From an uncultured Candidatus Rokubacteria bacterium (GTDB lineage: Bacteria; Methylomirabilota; Methylomirabilia; Rokubacteriales; CSP1-6), in the NCBI GenBank assembly GCA_963789955.1, contig CAWBMV010000001.1, forward strand, positions 96,001-160,000: DNA of 64,000 nucleotides. Direction: 5' to 3'. Shown here piece after piece: positions 45,016 through 54,026 of the stretch (position 1 is the stretch's first letter; each line of letters starts with the position of its first letter). The notes beneath the pieces are model-generated. The model ran no database searches. It was given only the letters and a program-made list of their open reading frames with translations, and was not told the DNA's origin. The position numbers were made by a program, and so were the translations under genes.

Positions 45016-47069
45016 ATCTTCCTCGGGTGCCGAGCGCGCCGAGCCGCGGCGGCGAGGACCGCCGCGAGCAGGCAGGCCACGAGGCCGAGCATGACGTGGA
45101 CGGGTGCGTCCGTCGCGCCCTGACCCAGACCGAAGACCGCGGTGTAGTCCCAGCCGTCGGGAAGATTCGTCTTCAGCGCGTGACTCTCGAGTGACTGGTC
45201 TCCCGGGCGGACCGGGGTGACGTCGACGGCGACGAGGCTCGTGTACGGGCTCACCAGGTGGTACGTCAGCGCGAGCTCCAGCACCGAGTGACGGATCTCG
45301 TCCTCGGACGTGCCGGTGCGGCGCCGGTCGAGGAGCGCCGCGATCTTTCCGCTCGCCCAGTACGAAGAAAGGCCGGCGCCCTCGCCGGTCGGGTGGAGCG
45401 TCAGCACGCGCTCCCACACCTCGACGCCGAGGCGACCGCGCAGCACGACCCGCGACGGTAACGCCGGCGCTCTCAGCGCGACGGTGATCGGCTCGCCGAG
45501 ATAGACATCGGGGATCCGCTCGGGCACGATCTCGGCCCCGGCCACGGGCTCGATCTCGACGTCGGTCAGCGCCGGCGCCTCGAGCTTCGCGAAGAGCGTG
45601 ACCATCTTCTCTTTGACCTCGTTGATGCTGCCGATATAGGTGAACGTGCCGCGCCCGACCCGCGCGGCCTCGCGCATGAAGTGGCTGTTGGGCGCCGAGC
45701 CGATGCCGATCGTGAAGAGCCGGCTGTCGCCGAGCCGCTCGTGGATGGCCGCGAAGAGCTGCTGCTCGTTGCCGACCGCGCCGTCGGTCAGGAAGATCAC
45801 CTGCCGCAGACGGCCTGGATGCTCGCGGCCGTCGAGGGCCTGCTGGAGCGCCGGCAGCATTTCGGTGCCGCCGTCGGCGTGAATCCGGCCGACGTAGCGG
45901 TTCGCCGTCGCCAGATTCGGTTGCGTCGCGGCCTGCGCCGCCGCGAACACCGCGTCCGTCGTGTGGTTGAACCGAATCACGTTGAAGGTGTCGCCGGGCT
46001 TCAGCCGCTCGAGCGCGAGCTTCAGGGCGGCCTTGGCCTGATCGATGGACGCGCCGGCCATCGAGCCTGAATTGTCGAGCACGAAGATCACCTCGCGCGG
46101 CAGGCGAAGCCCGTCGAGCGCGCCCGGCGCGGGCGGTGTCACCATGAGAAGGGCGAAGGTCTCCGCGCCTTTCCGCTCGGTGAAGAGCGTGGCGATCGGC
46201 GTGGCTTCGATCGACGGTTGCCAGACCAGCTCGAAGTCGCGATCCGCGGGCACCGTGCCCTGGGCGAGCTCGATCCGGTAGCGCCCGTCGGCCAGCGGCG
46301 TCGTGTGGACCGCGTGATACGAGGCCGTCAGCCGCGCGAGCGGTGTCCCCGGATCCAGCTCGACCGCGAGGCTGACGGGATTCAGCGGGCCCCGCGACGG
46401 GTGCTCGACCGGGGGCGTGATCCGCGAGGCGTCGGGCACCTGGACCGTATCGGACGACCAGCCGGTGCCGCCGGACGGTCCGGGCACCGGTGCGCCCGGG
46501 ATGTAGCGTGGACCCACCACCATCGGGAAGCGCAGACGGAACTGGCCCGAGTCGTATCGAACGGTCTGCTGGTACTCGATCTCGATCGTGATCGCGGCAC
46601 CGGGCGCGATGTTCGCGACCGACGTCGTGAAGATGTTGGGCCGCTCCTGCTCGACGAGGCTCGCGCGCCGGCCTTCGTGCTTCGCTTGCTCGTACTGCGC
46701 CTTGGCCGCCGCCCGCTCCTGAATCACGCCCTCGATCAACCGGTCGCCGACCTTCATGCGGAGATGGTCGACCGCGGCGTCCTCGGGCAACGGGAAGACG
46801 TAGATGCCCTCCGCCCACGCGGCGCTGGGGTTCGTGAACTCCTGACGAACGCTCGCCCGCGCGACGATGCCGGTCACGACGATGTTGACGTCGGTCTTGA
46901 GCGTCGGCGCCGGGACGGGCGTGCTCTGCTCGGCGCTTCGCCAGAACAGCGTGCCCTCGGTGACGCGGTCCGTACGTCCACGCGCGTCACCGGCGACCTC
47001 CGCCCTGGCGGCCGAAGCCGCCAGGACGAAGATCAGACTGACGAGGATCAGTCCTCGAACGCACCGCAT
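45012..47069 (-). CDS. VIT + von Willebrand A domain protein, sortase target
   Basis: Signal peptide; VIT (YVFPLPEDAAVD, EQERPNIF); MIDAS DNSGSM and FLTDG; C-terminal LGQGAT + TM helix + basic tail. Confidence 0.9.
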   Translation of the reverse strand: MRCVRGLILVSLIFVLAASAARAEVAGDARGRTDRVTEGTLFWRSAEQSTPVPAPTLKTDVNIVVTGIVARASVRQEFTNPSAAWAEGIYVFPLPEDAAVDHLRMKVGDRLIEGVIQERAAAKAQYEQAKHEGRRASLVEQERPNIFTTSVANIAPGAAITIEIEYQQTVRYDSGQFRLRFPMVVGPRYIPGAPVPGPSGGTGWSSDTVQVPDASRITPPVEHPSRGPLNPVSLAVELDPGTPLARLTASYHAVHTTPLADGRYRIELAQGTVPADRDFELVWQPSIEATPIATLFTERKGAETFALLMVTPPAPGALDGLRLPREVIFVLDNSGSMAGASIDQAKAALKLALERLKPGDTFNVIRFNHTTDAVFAAAQAATQPNLATANRYVGRIHADGGTEMLPALQQALDGREHPGRLRQVIFLTDGAVGNEQQLFAAIHERLGDSRLFTIGIGSAPNSHFMREAARVGRGTFTYIGSINEVKEKMVTLFAKLEAPALTDVEIEPVAGAEIVPERIPDVYLGEPITVALRAPALPSRVVLRGRLGVEVWERVLTLHPTGEGAGLSSYWASGKIAALLDRRRTGTSEDEIRHSVLELALTYHLVSPYTSLVAVDVTPVRPGDQSLESHALKTNLPDGWDYTAVFGLGQGATDAPVHVMLGLVACLLAAVLAAAARRARHPRKI

Positions 47070-47077
47070 GGATCGGA

Positions 47078-47668
47078 CTACCGATCGCCGGCCGGCGAGG
47101 TGGACTCGGCCGGCACCGCGGCGGCGAGCTTGCGAAACTCGAGGTGCACCCGGCGGTTGATCTCCTGGCACTCCTTGCCAGGGTCGTCGCACAGCGACCC
47201 GTCCGGTCCCATCGTGACCATCTTGATCGCCGGCTCCGGGACGCCCAGGTCGACGAGGAAGCGCTTCACCACCTGAGCCCGACGCTGAGCCAGGCCGCGG
47301 TTGTACTCGGCCGGGCCCTGGTTATCGGTGTAGCCCTGGACCATCACGACCCACGAGTTGGTCAGGTCCATCCGTCCCGTCGTCTCCTGGAGCACGCGGG
47401 CCGCGTCGGCGCGAAGGCGCGTGCTCTTGAAGTCGAAGTAGACGTCGGCGTGGAAGACTCCCGCCGGCGGCGCGGGAATCACGGCACGAGGGCCCGTCGG
47501 CGCCGCGGCGCCCTTTCCCGTATCCGCGCCCGTGCCGGACGCCGCCTCGACCCCTTGCGAGTGAACCCAGTACGTTCCGATCGCTCCGGCGATCACCGTG
47601 AAGAGGATCCCGACGAGGATCACCAGCTCCTTCACACCACCGATCTCCTTCCGCTGCATCTCGCCCAT
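47078..47668 (-). CDS. OmpA C-like peptidoglycan-binding protein with N-terminal TM helix (PdsO-like position)
   Basis: VYFDFKS, QGYTDNQGPAEYNRGLAQRRAQVVK, NRRV. Confidence 0.85.
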   Translation of the reverse strand: MGEMQRKEIGGVKELVILVGILFTVIAGAIGTYWVHSQGVEAASGTGADTGKGAAAPTGPRAVIPAPPAGVFHADVYFDFKSTRLRADAARVLQETTGRMDLTNSWVVMVQGYTDNQGPAEYNRGLAQRRAQVVKRFLVDLGVPEPAIKMVTMGPDGSLCDDPGKECQEINRRVHLEFRKLAAAVPAESTSPAGDR

Positions 47669-47760
47669 TGGCCCTGTCCCTTCTTTCTCGAGACGTCGTG
47701 CGTCTCGTTGGTCGGGTCGCTCGTGCCGCCTGTACGGCCGGCGCCCGGCTCGAGATGCAG

Positions 47761-47776
47761 AGCAACGCGCACGCCA
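47761..47776 (-). promoter_or_regulatory. Sigma54 (-24/-12) promoter for the ompA-like/VIT/sortase operon
   Basis: TGGCGTG-CGCG-TTGCT with correct GG-N10-GC spacing, ~93 bp upstream of ATG 47668. Confidence 0.75.
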
Positions 47777-47863
47777 CGCCGGCCGTACGCGTTCGTGGTG
47801 CGGGAATGCAACGACTTCGAGAGACTTGGGCGTGCGAAGTGGCGGGCGGCCGATCGACGGGAC

Positions 47864-47887
47864 GCGGGGAATCCCCGCATCCCCGCA
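47864..47887. promoter_or_regulatory. Candidate upstream activator sequence
   Basis: Palindrome GCGGGGA-A-TCCCCGC plus an extra ATCCCCGCA copy, ~90 bp upstream of the sigma54 site. Confidence 0.5.
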
Positions 47888-47914
47888 CGGCTCCCGCGCT
47901 GACCGGGCGAGCGG

Positions 47915-50419
47915 TCAGACCTTGGCGGTCGGCGAGCGGCGGTCGAGGTGCTGGCGGACGAGGAGCTCCAGCGAGCGGAAGTGGCGCTCGGGGAGGTTCT
48001 TGAAACGCTTCCGGCAGGCGGCGACGGCCTCGTCCGGCGAGCTGAAGCCTTCGACCACCCTCAGCAGGTGGTCGGAGTATTCGCGGAGCTTCAGCTCGAC
48101 CGTCCGGCCGAGCGCCGGGTCGCCCGCCAGGGCCAGGGCGGCCTTGCCGCGATCACCCTGCGCGTCGACCAGGGCCCGGAACCCGAGGCCCTTGAGCCGC
48201 TGGGTCACCGTGCTGCGATCCCAGCCGAGCGCGCGCGCGGTGGCCTGCATGTCGAAGCCGTGCTCGCGCAGGGAGGTCAGGACGGCCTCGTCGCCTCCGG
48301 AATCATCGTGGCTCTGCTCCCGGGCCGGAAGACGCAGGTCGGCGACCGTGAGGGCGGCGCCGTCGGCCAGAGCCAGCGCCTGGCGCAGACAGTTCTGGAG
48401 CTCACGGGCGTTGCCGGGCCAGTCGTTCCGCTCGAGCGCGGCGAGCGCGGCCTCGGACAGGGGCAGGGGCGGTCGTCCGACCTCGGCGGCGGCCTCGCGG
48501 ACGAAGCGCGCGGCCAGGAGCGAAACGTCCCGCGGCCGCTCGCGCAGCGGCGGCAGCCGCAAGACGAGCCCCTTCAGGCGGAAATAGAGATCCTCGCGGA
48601 ACCACCCCTCGGCGCTGCCTCGCTCGAGATCGCGATTGCTCGCGGCGACGATACGCACGTCGACGGTGGTCGGGCGGGTTCCGCCGACGCGATAGAAGCT
48701 CTTGTCCTGGAGCACCCGCAGGAGCTTGCTCTGGTGCTCCGCTCGGAGCTCGCCGACCTCGTCGAGGAAGATCGTTCCACGGTTGGCTTGCTCGAAGAGC
48801 CCTTTCCGGTCGGCGACCGCGCCCGTGAAGCTGCCGCGAACGTGGCCGAACATCTCGCTCTCGAAGAGCTCGGCGGGGATCGCGCCCATGTTGACCGCGA
48901 CGAACGGCGCCTCGGCGCGCGCGCTCAGCCGGTGGGCCGCCCGAGCGAACAGCTCCTTGCCGGTGCCCGGCTCGCCGGCGAGGAGGATCGGCAAGGCGGA
49001 GCGCGCGGCCTTCTCGAGGTCGCGGAAGAGCGCGAGCATCGCGGGATCGCGGGTGACGATGCCAAGTCGTTCGGCCTCGCGCTGCAGGCGCTCGAGCTCC
49101 GCGTCGCCGAGCGGCGCCTCGCCGACGTCGGCGGCGCTCGCCGCCCGCACGCGCTGCTCCAGCTCTTCGAGCCGGGCGCGTGTGCGCTCTTCCTGGTCGC
49201 GCGCGGCCGCGAGCTGCGCCCGCAACGCCGCCTCACCACCGCTCGATCGAGCCACCGCGGCTCGCGCCGCTTCCAGGTCTTCTTCGAGCGCCTCGACCGC
49301 CGACTCTTGACGCACGAGGCCCTCGCGGATCGCCGTGACTTCGCCCTCGAGATGGCGAACCCGGTAGGCCGAGCCGATCTGGGTCCAGACGAGCGCGCTC
49401 GCCGAGGCAACAGCCGTCGCGAGCAGCGGGATCGCTACCGGCAGGAGAAGGCCGATGATCGACGCCGCGAGTGCGACGCTCACGATGTAGCCGAGGGTCA
49501 GGACGGCGCCCGCGATCCCGGCCTTCCACCATCTGGCCGTCAGCCAGAGCCACGCCGCCAGGGCCGAGAGCAGGATGCTGCCGAGCACGGTCACCGGGAT
49601 TGGTGTTTCTCTCAGCCACGTGCCCGCCCGAGCCCTGTCGAACAGCCGCGCGTGAACGAGGGTCCGAGACATTCCAGCCCGGGGCTCGGCCAGGACGAGC
49701 ACGGTCCTGTCGGCGACCAGGCTCCGGAGCGCTTCCGGCTGGCGCTCTTCGATCGGAGACCAGATGTCGGCAAAGTTGACGACCTGGACGCGCGGTATTC
49801 GCGAGCCTCCCGTGGCCACCAGCACCTGTCCGTGTCGATCGACCGGGATTCGAGCGGTATCGACCTTCGTGAGCGCGGCGGCCAGCGCCAGGCCGTATGC
49901 GGGCACTCGTCGCTCGCCCACGCGGACGAACAGCGGCACTCGCCGAACGACGCCGTCGAGATCGGCGACGGTGAGCGTGTGCCCCACGCCGTTCGCGTGC
50001 TGCGCGAATGCCGGTAGCGATGCGGGGGCGGCGGGCTCGAGCGTGATCGCGAGCACGACGTTCTCCGCGTGCGCGATCGCCTGACTCAGGAGCACATCGC
50101 TCGCGGCGCCGCCGCGGCCCGGCGCGCTCGGCTGGTCGAGCGAGGCCTCCAGACCGATGACGGCGGCACCAGCCTGGGACAGCCCCGTGACGAGACGGGC
50201 GAGCACCGTTCGATCCCAGACGCCCTGGCCAAACCGGGATTCGCTCGCCGGGTCACGAACGACCACGATCGGCGGCTGGCCCGAGGGCTGCCGCACGGGA
50301 AGCCACTCGTAGACAGACCACTCGAACGCGGCGACCGCTGCGCCGTCGGACAGGGCCGCGCCGGCGGCGAGAGCGGTGGCTACCAGTGCGATCACCGCGG
50401 CCAGCGCCACGGTTCTCAT
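47915..50419 (-). CDS. Membrane-bound CHASE2-domain sigma54-dependent transcriptional activator
   Basis: CHASE2-like (WDRTVLARLV, DLDGVVRRVPL), 3 TM helices, coiled coil, GEPGTGKE, GSFTGA, FLDEV, WPGNAREL, HTH. Confidence 0.9.
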   Translation of the reverse strand: MRTVALAAVIALVATALAAGAALSDGAAVAAFEWSVYEWLPVRQPSGQPPIVVVRDPASESRFGQGVWDRTVLARLVTGLSQAGAAVIGLEASLDQPSAPGRGGAASDVLLSQAIAHAENVVLAITLEPAAPASLPAFAQHANGVGHTLTVADLDGVVRRVPLFVRVGERRVPAYGLALAAALTKVDTARIPVDRHGQVLVATGGSRIPRVQVVNFADIWSPIEERQPEALRSLVADRTVLVLAEPRAGMSRTLVHARLFDRARAGTWLRETPIPVTVLGSILLSALAAWLWLTARWWKAGIAGAVLTLGYIVSVALAASIIGLLLPVAIPLLATAVASASALVWTQIGSAYRVRHLEGEVTAIREGLVRQESAVEALEEDLEAARAAVARSSGGEAALRAQLAAARDQEERTRARLEELEQRVRAASAADVGEAPLGDAELERLQREAERLGIVTRDPAMLALFRDLEKAARSALPILLAGEPGTGKELFARAAHRLSARAEAPFVAVNMGAIPAELFESEMFGHVRGSFTGAVADRKGLFEQANRGTIFLDEVGELRAEHQSKLLRVLQDKSFYRVGGTRPTTVDVRIVAASNRDLERGSAEGWFREDLYFRLKGLVLRLPPLRERPRDVSLLAARFVREAAAEVGRPPLPLSEAALAALERNDWPGNARELQNCLRQALALADGAALTVADLRLPAREQSHDDSGGDEAVLTSLREHGFDMQATARALGWDRSTVTQRLKGLGFRALVDAQGDRGKAALALAGDPALGRTVELKLREYSDHLLRVVEGFSSPDEAVAACRKRFKNLPERHFRSLELLVRQHLDRRSPTAKV

Positions 50420-51699
50420 TGCGAGGGTGGGACAGCCTCGGGGGCGATCGAGATCTCCTGGAGGAGCCGCTGGGCGTCTTCGTGCGGTGTCGACTTCAGG
50501 AGGCTGATCGCGCGGGCGGTGTCCTTCGGCACGCCGAGCCCCGCGGCGTAGACCTTCGCGAGGGTGATCCGGGCTCGCACTTGCCCCTCGTCCGCGGCGG
50601 TCTTGAAGTAGCCCAGGATCCGCGCGTCGTACGGAGCGATCTGGGCAGGAGCGCCGTGATAGTAGAGCTCTTCCAGGAGCGCCTGTGCCGGCTCGCTGAA
50701 GGCGAGCGCCTCGGAGATCAGCACGGGCACCGCGTCGGCGCCGCGGCCCTGCCGGAGCAGCGCGCCGCCGACCGTGTCGTCGTCGCCGGTTCGCGTCAGC
50801 TCCGGGTAGTCGCTCCAGAGCCCGGTTCGATAGTCTCGAAAGGCCTGCTCGATCGCGCGACGCTCGGCCGGCGTGCGCCGGGTCCTGCCGAGGGCCGTCT
50901 GCCGCAGCTCGCCGAGGGCGGCGGCGGCCTCGAGCGAGCCCTGATCGGCCGCGCGCGACCACCACGCGATCGCGCGCGCGGTGTCGGGCTCGACGCCGAG
51001 GCCCCTCGCGTACGCGATGCCCGCGAAGAACTGCGCCCGAGGGTGCCCCGCGCGCGCCGCGACCACGAATTCCGGCGTCGCCTCGGCGTCGCGATGGGTC
51101 AGCTTCAGCACGAGGGCCAGGTTGTAGCGCACGTCCGGTTGGTCAGGGCTGCGGGAAATGGCCTGGCGGTACGCCTCGATCGCCCCGTTCAGATCGCCGA
51201 GCGCGTAGCGCACGAGCCCGAGGCTGTAGAGCGCCGAAACCTGATCCGGTTGCCGGCGGAGGACGTCTTCGAGCTCGGAGCGTGCGGCGGGCCAATCCTG
51301 CTTCGCCATGAGCGCCGTGGCGAGGACGTACCGCGCGCGCACGGCGTCCGGCCGCTGGCGCAGGAGGGCCCGAAGCTCCTCGACGGCGCCGTCGAGGTCG
51401 CCCATCTCGTAGAGGGCGAGCCCGAGATTTTCTCGCGCGTCGGCGAGATCGGGCTGAAGGCGGAGCGCCTCGCGAAACGATGCCGCAGCGGTCGCCGCGT
51501 CGCCGCGCGCCATCGCCGCGCGACCGAGCGCCAGATGCTCGCGGGCCCGTACCTCACGCGGTGACCCGCTCGCGGCCGAGGTGGCCGGCGCGGGATCGCC
51601 GATGGCGCCGGTTGGAGTCGTCGAGCGCGGAGCGCTGCCGGTCGAGCACCCGGTTCCGATCGCGGCGAGGAGCGCGAGGCTGACGGTCGTCGAGCGCAT
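50416..51699 (-). CDS. TPR + Sel1-like repeat lipoprotein
   Basis: Lipobox GTGC; tandem TPRs; Sel1 repeats (AQFFAGIAYARGLGV, LAKVYAAGLGVPKD); ATGA overlap with the activator gene. Confidence 0.87.
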   Translation of the reverse strand: MRSTTVSLALLAAIGTGCSTGSAPRSTTPTGAIGDPAPATSAASGSPREVRAREHLALGRAAMARGDAATAAASFREALRLQPDLADARENLGLALYEMGDLDGAVEELRALLRQRPDAVRARYVLATALMAKQDWPAARSELEDVLRRQPDQVSALYSLGLVRYALGDLNGAIEAYRQAISRSPDQPDVRYNLALVLKLTHRDAEATPEFVVAARAGHPRAQFFAGIAYARGLGVEPDTARAIAWWSRAADQGSLEAAAALGELRQTALGRTRRTPAERRAIEQAFRDYRTGLWSDYPELTRTGDDDTVGGALLRQGRGADAVPVLISEALAFSEPAQALLEELYYHGAPAQIAPYDARILGYFKTAADEGQVRARITLAKVYAAGLGVPKDTARAISLLKSTPHEDAQRLLQEISIAPEAVPPSQ

Positions 51700-51763
51700 A
51701 GGCAACTTCCGATGATAGCAAAGCGGTCCGCGGGAACCTCAGGGCGGGATCGTGCGCGCGGCA

Positions 51764-51808
51764 GGCCGTCGCGCCGTCTCGCGGATCATCCGAGACGGCG
51801 CGACGGCC
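51764..51808. terminator. 18-bp perfect stem-loop between thiolase and TPR genes
   Basis: ggccgtcgcgccgtctcg-cggatcatc-cgagacggcgcgacggcc. Confidence 0.65.
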
Positions 51809-51828
51809 GAGCTACTCGGACTCGATGT

Positions 51829-53016
51829 CTAGCGGTACGCCTCGAAGAGACCCGCCGCGCCCTGGCCGCCGCCGATGCACATCGTCACCACGCCGTAGCG
51901 CGCCTTGCGGCGAAGCAGCTCGTTGGCGAGGGTGCCGACCATGCGCGAGCCGGTCATGCCGAACGGGTGGCCGATCGAGATCGAGCCGCCGTTGACGTTG
52001 AGCTTCGCCGGATCGATGCCGAGACGATCGCGGCAGTAGATGACCTGCGAGGCGAACGCCTCGTTCAGCTCCCACACGTCGATGTCGTCGATCTTGAGGC
52101 CGTGACGCTTCAGGAGCTTGGGCACCGCGTACACGGGCCCGATGCCCATCTCGTCCGGCTCGCAGCCGGCGACCGCGAAGCCGCGGAAGACGAGCTTCGG
52201 GCGAATGCCGAGGGCCTTCGCGCGATCCATCGACATCACGAGCGTCGAGCTGGCGCCGTCGGAGAGCTGCGAGGAGTTGCCGGCGGTCACCGTGCCCTGA
52301 CCGGAATCCTTGTCGAAGTGCGGCGGCAGCTTCAGGAGCCCTTCGAGCGTCGTGTCCGGGCGATTGCACTCGTCCTTCTCGACGTAGTACGGCTCCTGCC
52401 CGACGACCGCGCCGGTCGTCTTGTCGAGGATGCCGCGCGTGACGTTCATCGGCGCCAGCTCTTCCTTGAAGAAGCCTTCCTGCTGGGCGCGCGCGGTGCG
52501 CTGCTGGCTCAGGAGCGCGTAGCTGTCCTGGGCCTCGCGGCTGATCTTGTAGCGCTTGGCGACGACCTCGGCCGTGTCGCCCATCACCATGTAGATGCCC
52601 GGCAGGTGCTCCTTCACCCACGCGTTCGGGTCGCTGTCGCGCTTGCCCATCGTGATCGACTCGACGCCGCCGCCGATGACCGCGTCGGCGCCGTCGTTGA
52701 TGACGTAGTTCGCGGCGATCGCGATCGACTGCAGGCCCGAGGAGCAGAAGCGGTTCAGGGTGAGCCCCGCGACCGACACCGGGAGCCCGGCGCGCATCGC
52801 GGCGACGCGGGCGATGTTGTGGCCCTGCGAGCCGTGCGGCTGGCCGCAGCCCATGATCACGTCCTCGACCTCTTTCGCGTCGAGCTGCGGCACCTTGCCG
52901 AGGACGTCCTTGATGGTGTGCGCGGTGAAGTCGTCGGGACGCGTCAGGTTGAACGCGCCGCGGAACGACTTGGCGAGCGGGGTCCGCGAGCTGGCGACGA
53001 TGACGGCTTCTCTCAT
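51829..53016 (-). CDS. Acetyl-CoA C-acyltransferase (thiolase)
   Basis: NRFCSSGL, NEAFA, GHPFGMTG, MCIGGGQG. Confidence 0.95.
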   Translation of the reverse strand: MREAVIVASSRTPLAKSFRGAFNLTRPDDFTAHTIKDVLGKVPQLDAKEVEDVIMGCGQPHGSQGHNIARVAAMRAGLPVSVAGLTLNRFCSSGLQSIAIAANYVINDGADAVIGGGVESITMGKRDSDPNAWVKEHLPGIYMVMGDTAEVVAKRYKISREAQDSYALLSQQRTARAQQEGFFKEELAPMNVTRGILDKTTGAVVGQEPYYVEKDECNRPDTTLEGLLKLPPHFDKDSGQGTVTAGNSSQLSDGASSTLVMSMDRAKALGIRPKLVFRGFAVAGCEPDEMGIGPVYAVPKLLKRHGLKIDDIDVWELNEAFASQVIYCRDRLGIDPAKLNVNGGSISIGHPFGMTGSRMVGTLANELLRRKARYGVVTMCIGGGQGAAGLFEAYR

Positions 53017-53050
53017 GTAGAGTCTCCTTTTCGGTGGCCCGTCCGAGGGG

Positions 53051-53114
53051 CGGCCCGGCTACGCCGGGCCGTCTCCGAGCGCGGGGGGCTTGGGGGGCCC
53101 TTCGAGGCCCCCCA
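53051..53114. repeat. Double GC hairpin (REP-like)
   Basis: cggcccggc-tac-gccgggccg (53051-53071) and tggggggcc-cttcga-ggcccccca (53091-53114). Confidence 0.6.
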
Positions 53115-53119
53115 TGAAG

Positions 53120-53471
53120 TCAAACGGCCGCGGTGGCCATGATCTCGACGAGGTACTTCGGCGACGCCAGCCGCGCCTCGACGGTCGCCCGCGCCGGCGT
53201 GTTGGCGGGATCGACCCAGGCGTCCCAGGCCGCGTTCATGTCCCCGTAGACTCCCATGTTGGCCACGTACACCGTGGCGGCGAGAAGCTTCGACTTGTGG
53301 CTCCCGACCGCCGCCAGGGTCTCGTCGATCTTCTTCAAGAGAGATCTGTTGTGTCTGGCCCTTGGCGTCCGCCGACGGATCGGCCGCCACCATGCCGGCG
53401 AGGTACACGGTGTCGCCGTGAACAACCGCCTGGCTCAATCGAGGTCCGACACCGTGCCGCTTGATGGTCAT
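53120..53471 (-). CDS. RidA/YjgF family protein; frameshift ~53345
   Basis: RLSQAVVHGDTVYLAG, MNAAWDAW, PARATVEARLA, LVEI. Confidence 0.88.
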
Positions 53472-53558
53472 CGTGCTGGTCCTTTCTGCTCCGGAAATGG
53501 GGGGTCCTTGAACGGTACGGGAGATCATACTCCGACCGGGCCGCCGGATAAACTCGCC

Positions 53559-53587
53559 TTGCACCGGTCCCGGGCTCTCAGTAGAGT
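53559..53587 (+). promoter_or_regulatory. Sigma70-type promoter
   Basis: TTGCAC, 17 bp, TAGAGT; 9 nt before ATG 53597. Confidence 0.6.
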
Positions 53588-53596
53588 TATGCACCC

Positions 53597-54025
53597 ATGA
53601 GCATCGTCAACGAGTTCGAGAAGGCCTTCAATCGGCAAGACGTGGGCGCGCTGGTCTCGTGCTTCACCGAGGGCGCCAGCTACCGCGACAACTTCTACGG
53701 CGAGCACCGGGGGCACGCCTCGCTCCGCGCGATGTTCGAGCGGATGTTCCGGGAGGGCCGGGACTACCGCTGGGTCATGGACACCGTGGTCGAGGCGGGC
53801 AACCGGGCGACCGCCGAGTGGACGTTCGGGTACGTCGTGACCGACGCGGTGCCGCGGAGCACCGGCCGCAAGATCGGGTTCAGGGGCATGAGCCTCTTCG
53901 AGCTCGAGCGCGGGAAGATCGCGAACTATCGCGAATACTTCGACGTGGGCCAGGCGCTCCTGCAGCTCGGGTTCGCCCCCGAAGGCATCGCAAAGGTCCT
54001 GCGTCGCAAGCTCGAGGGGCACTGA
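53597..54025 (+). CDS. NTF2/SnoaL-like protein
   Basis: AFNRQDV, FRGMSLFELERGKIANYREYFD. Confidence 0.85.
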   Translation: MSIVNEFEKAFNRQDVGALVSCFTEGASYRDNFYGEHRGHASLRAMFERMFREGRDYRWVMDTVVEAGNRATAEWTFGYVVTDAVPRSTGRKIGFRGMSLFELERGKIANYREYFDVGQALLQLGFAPEGIAKVLRRKLEGH

Positions 54026-54026
54026 G

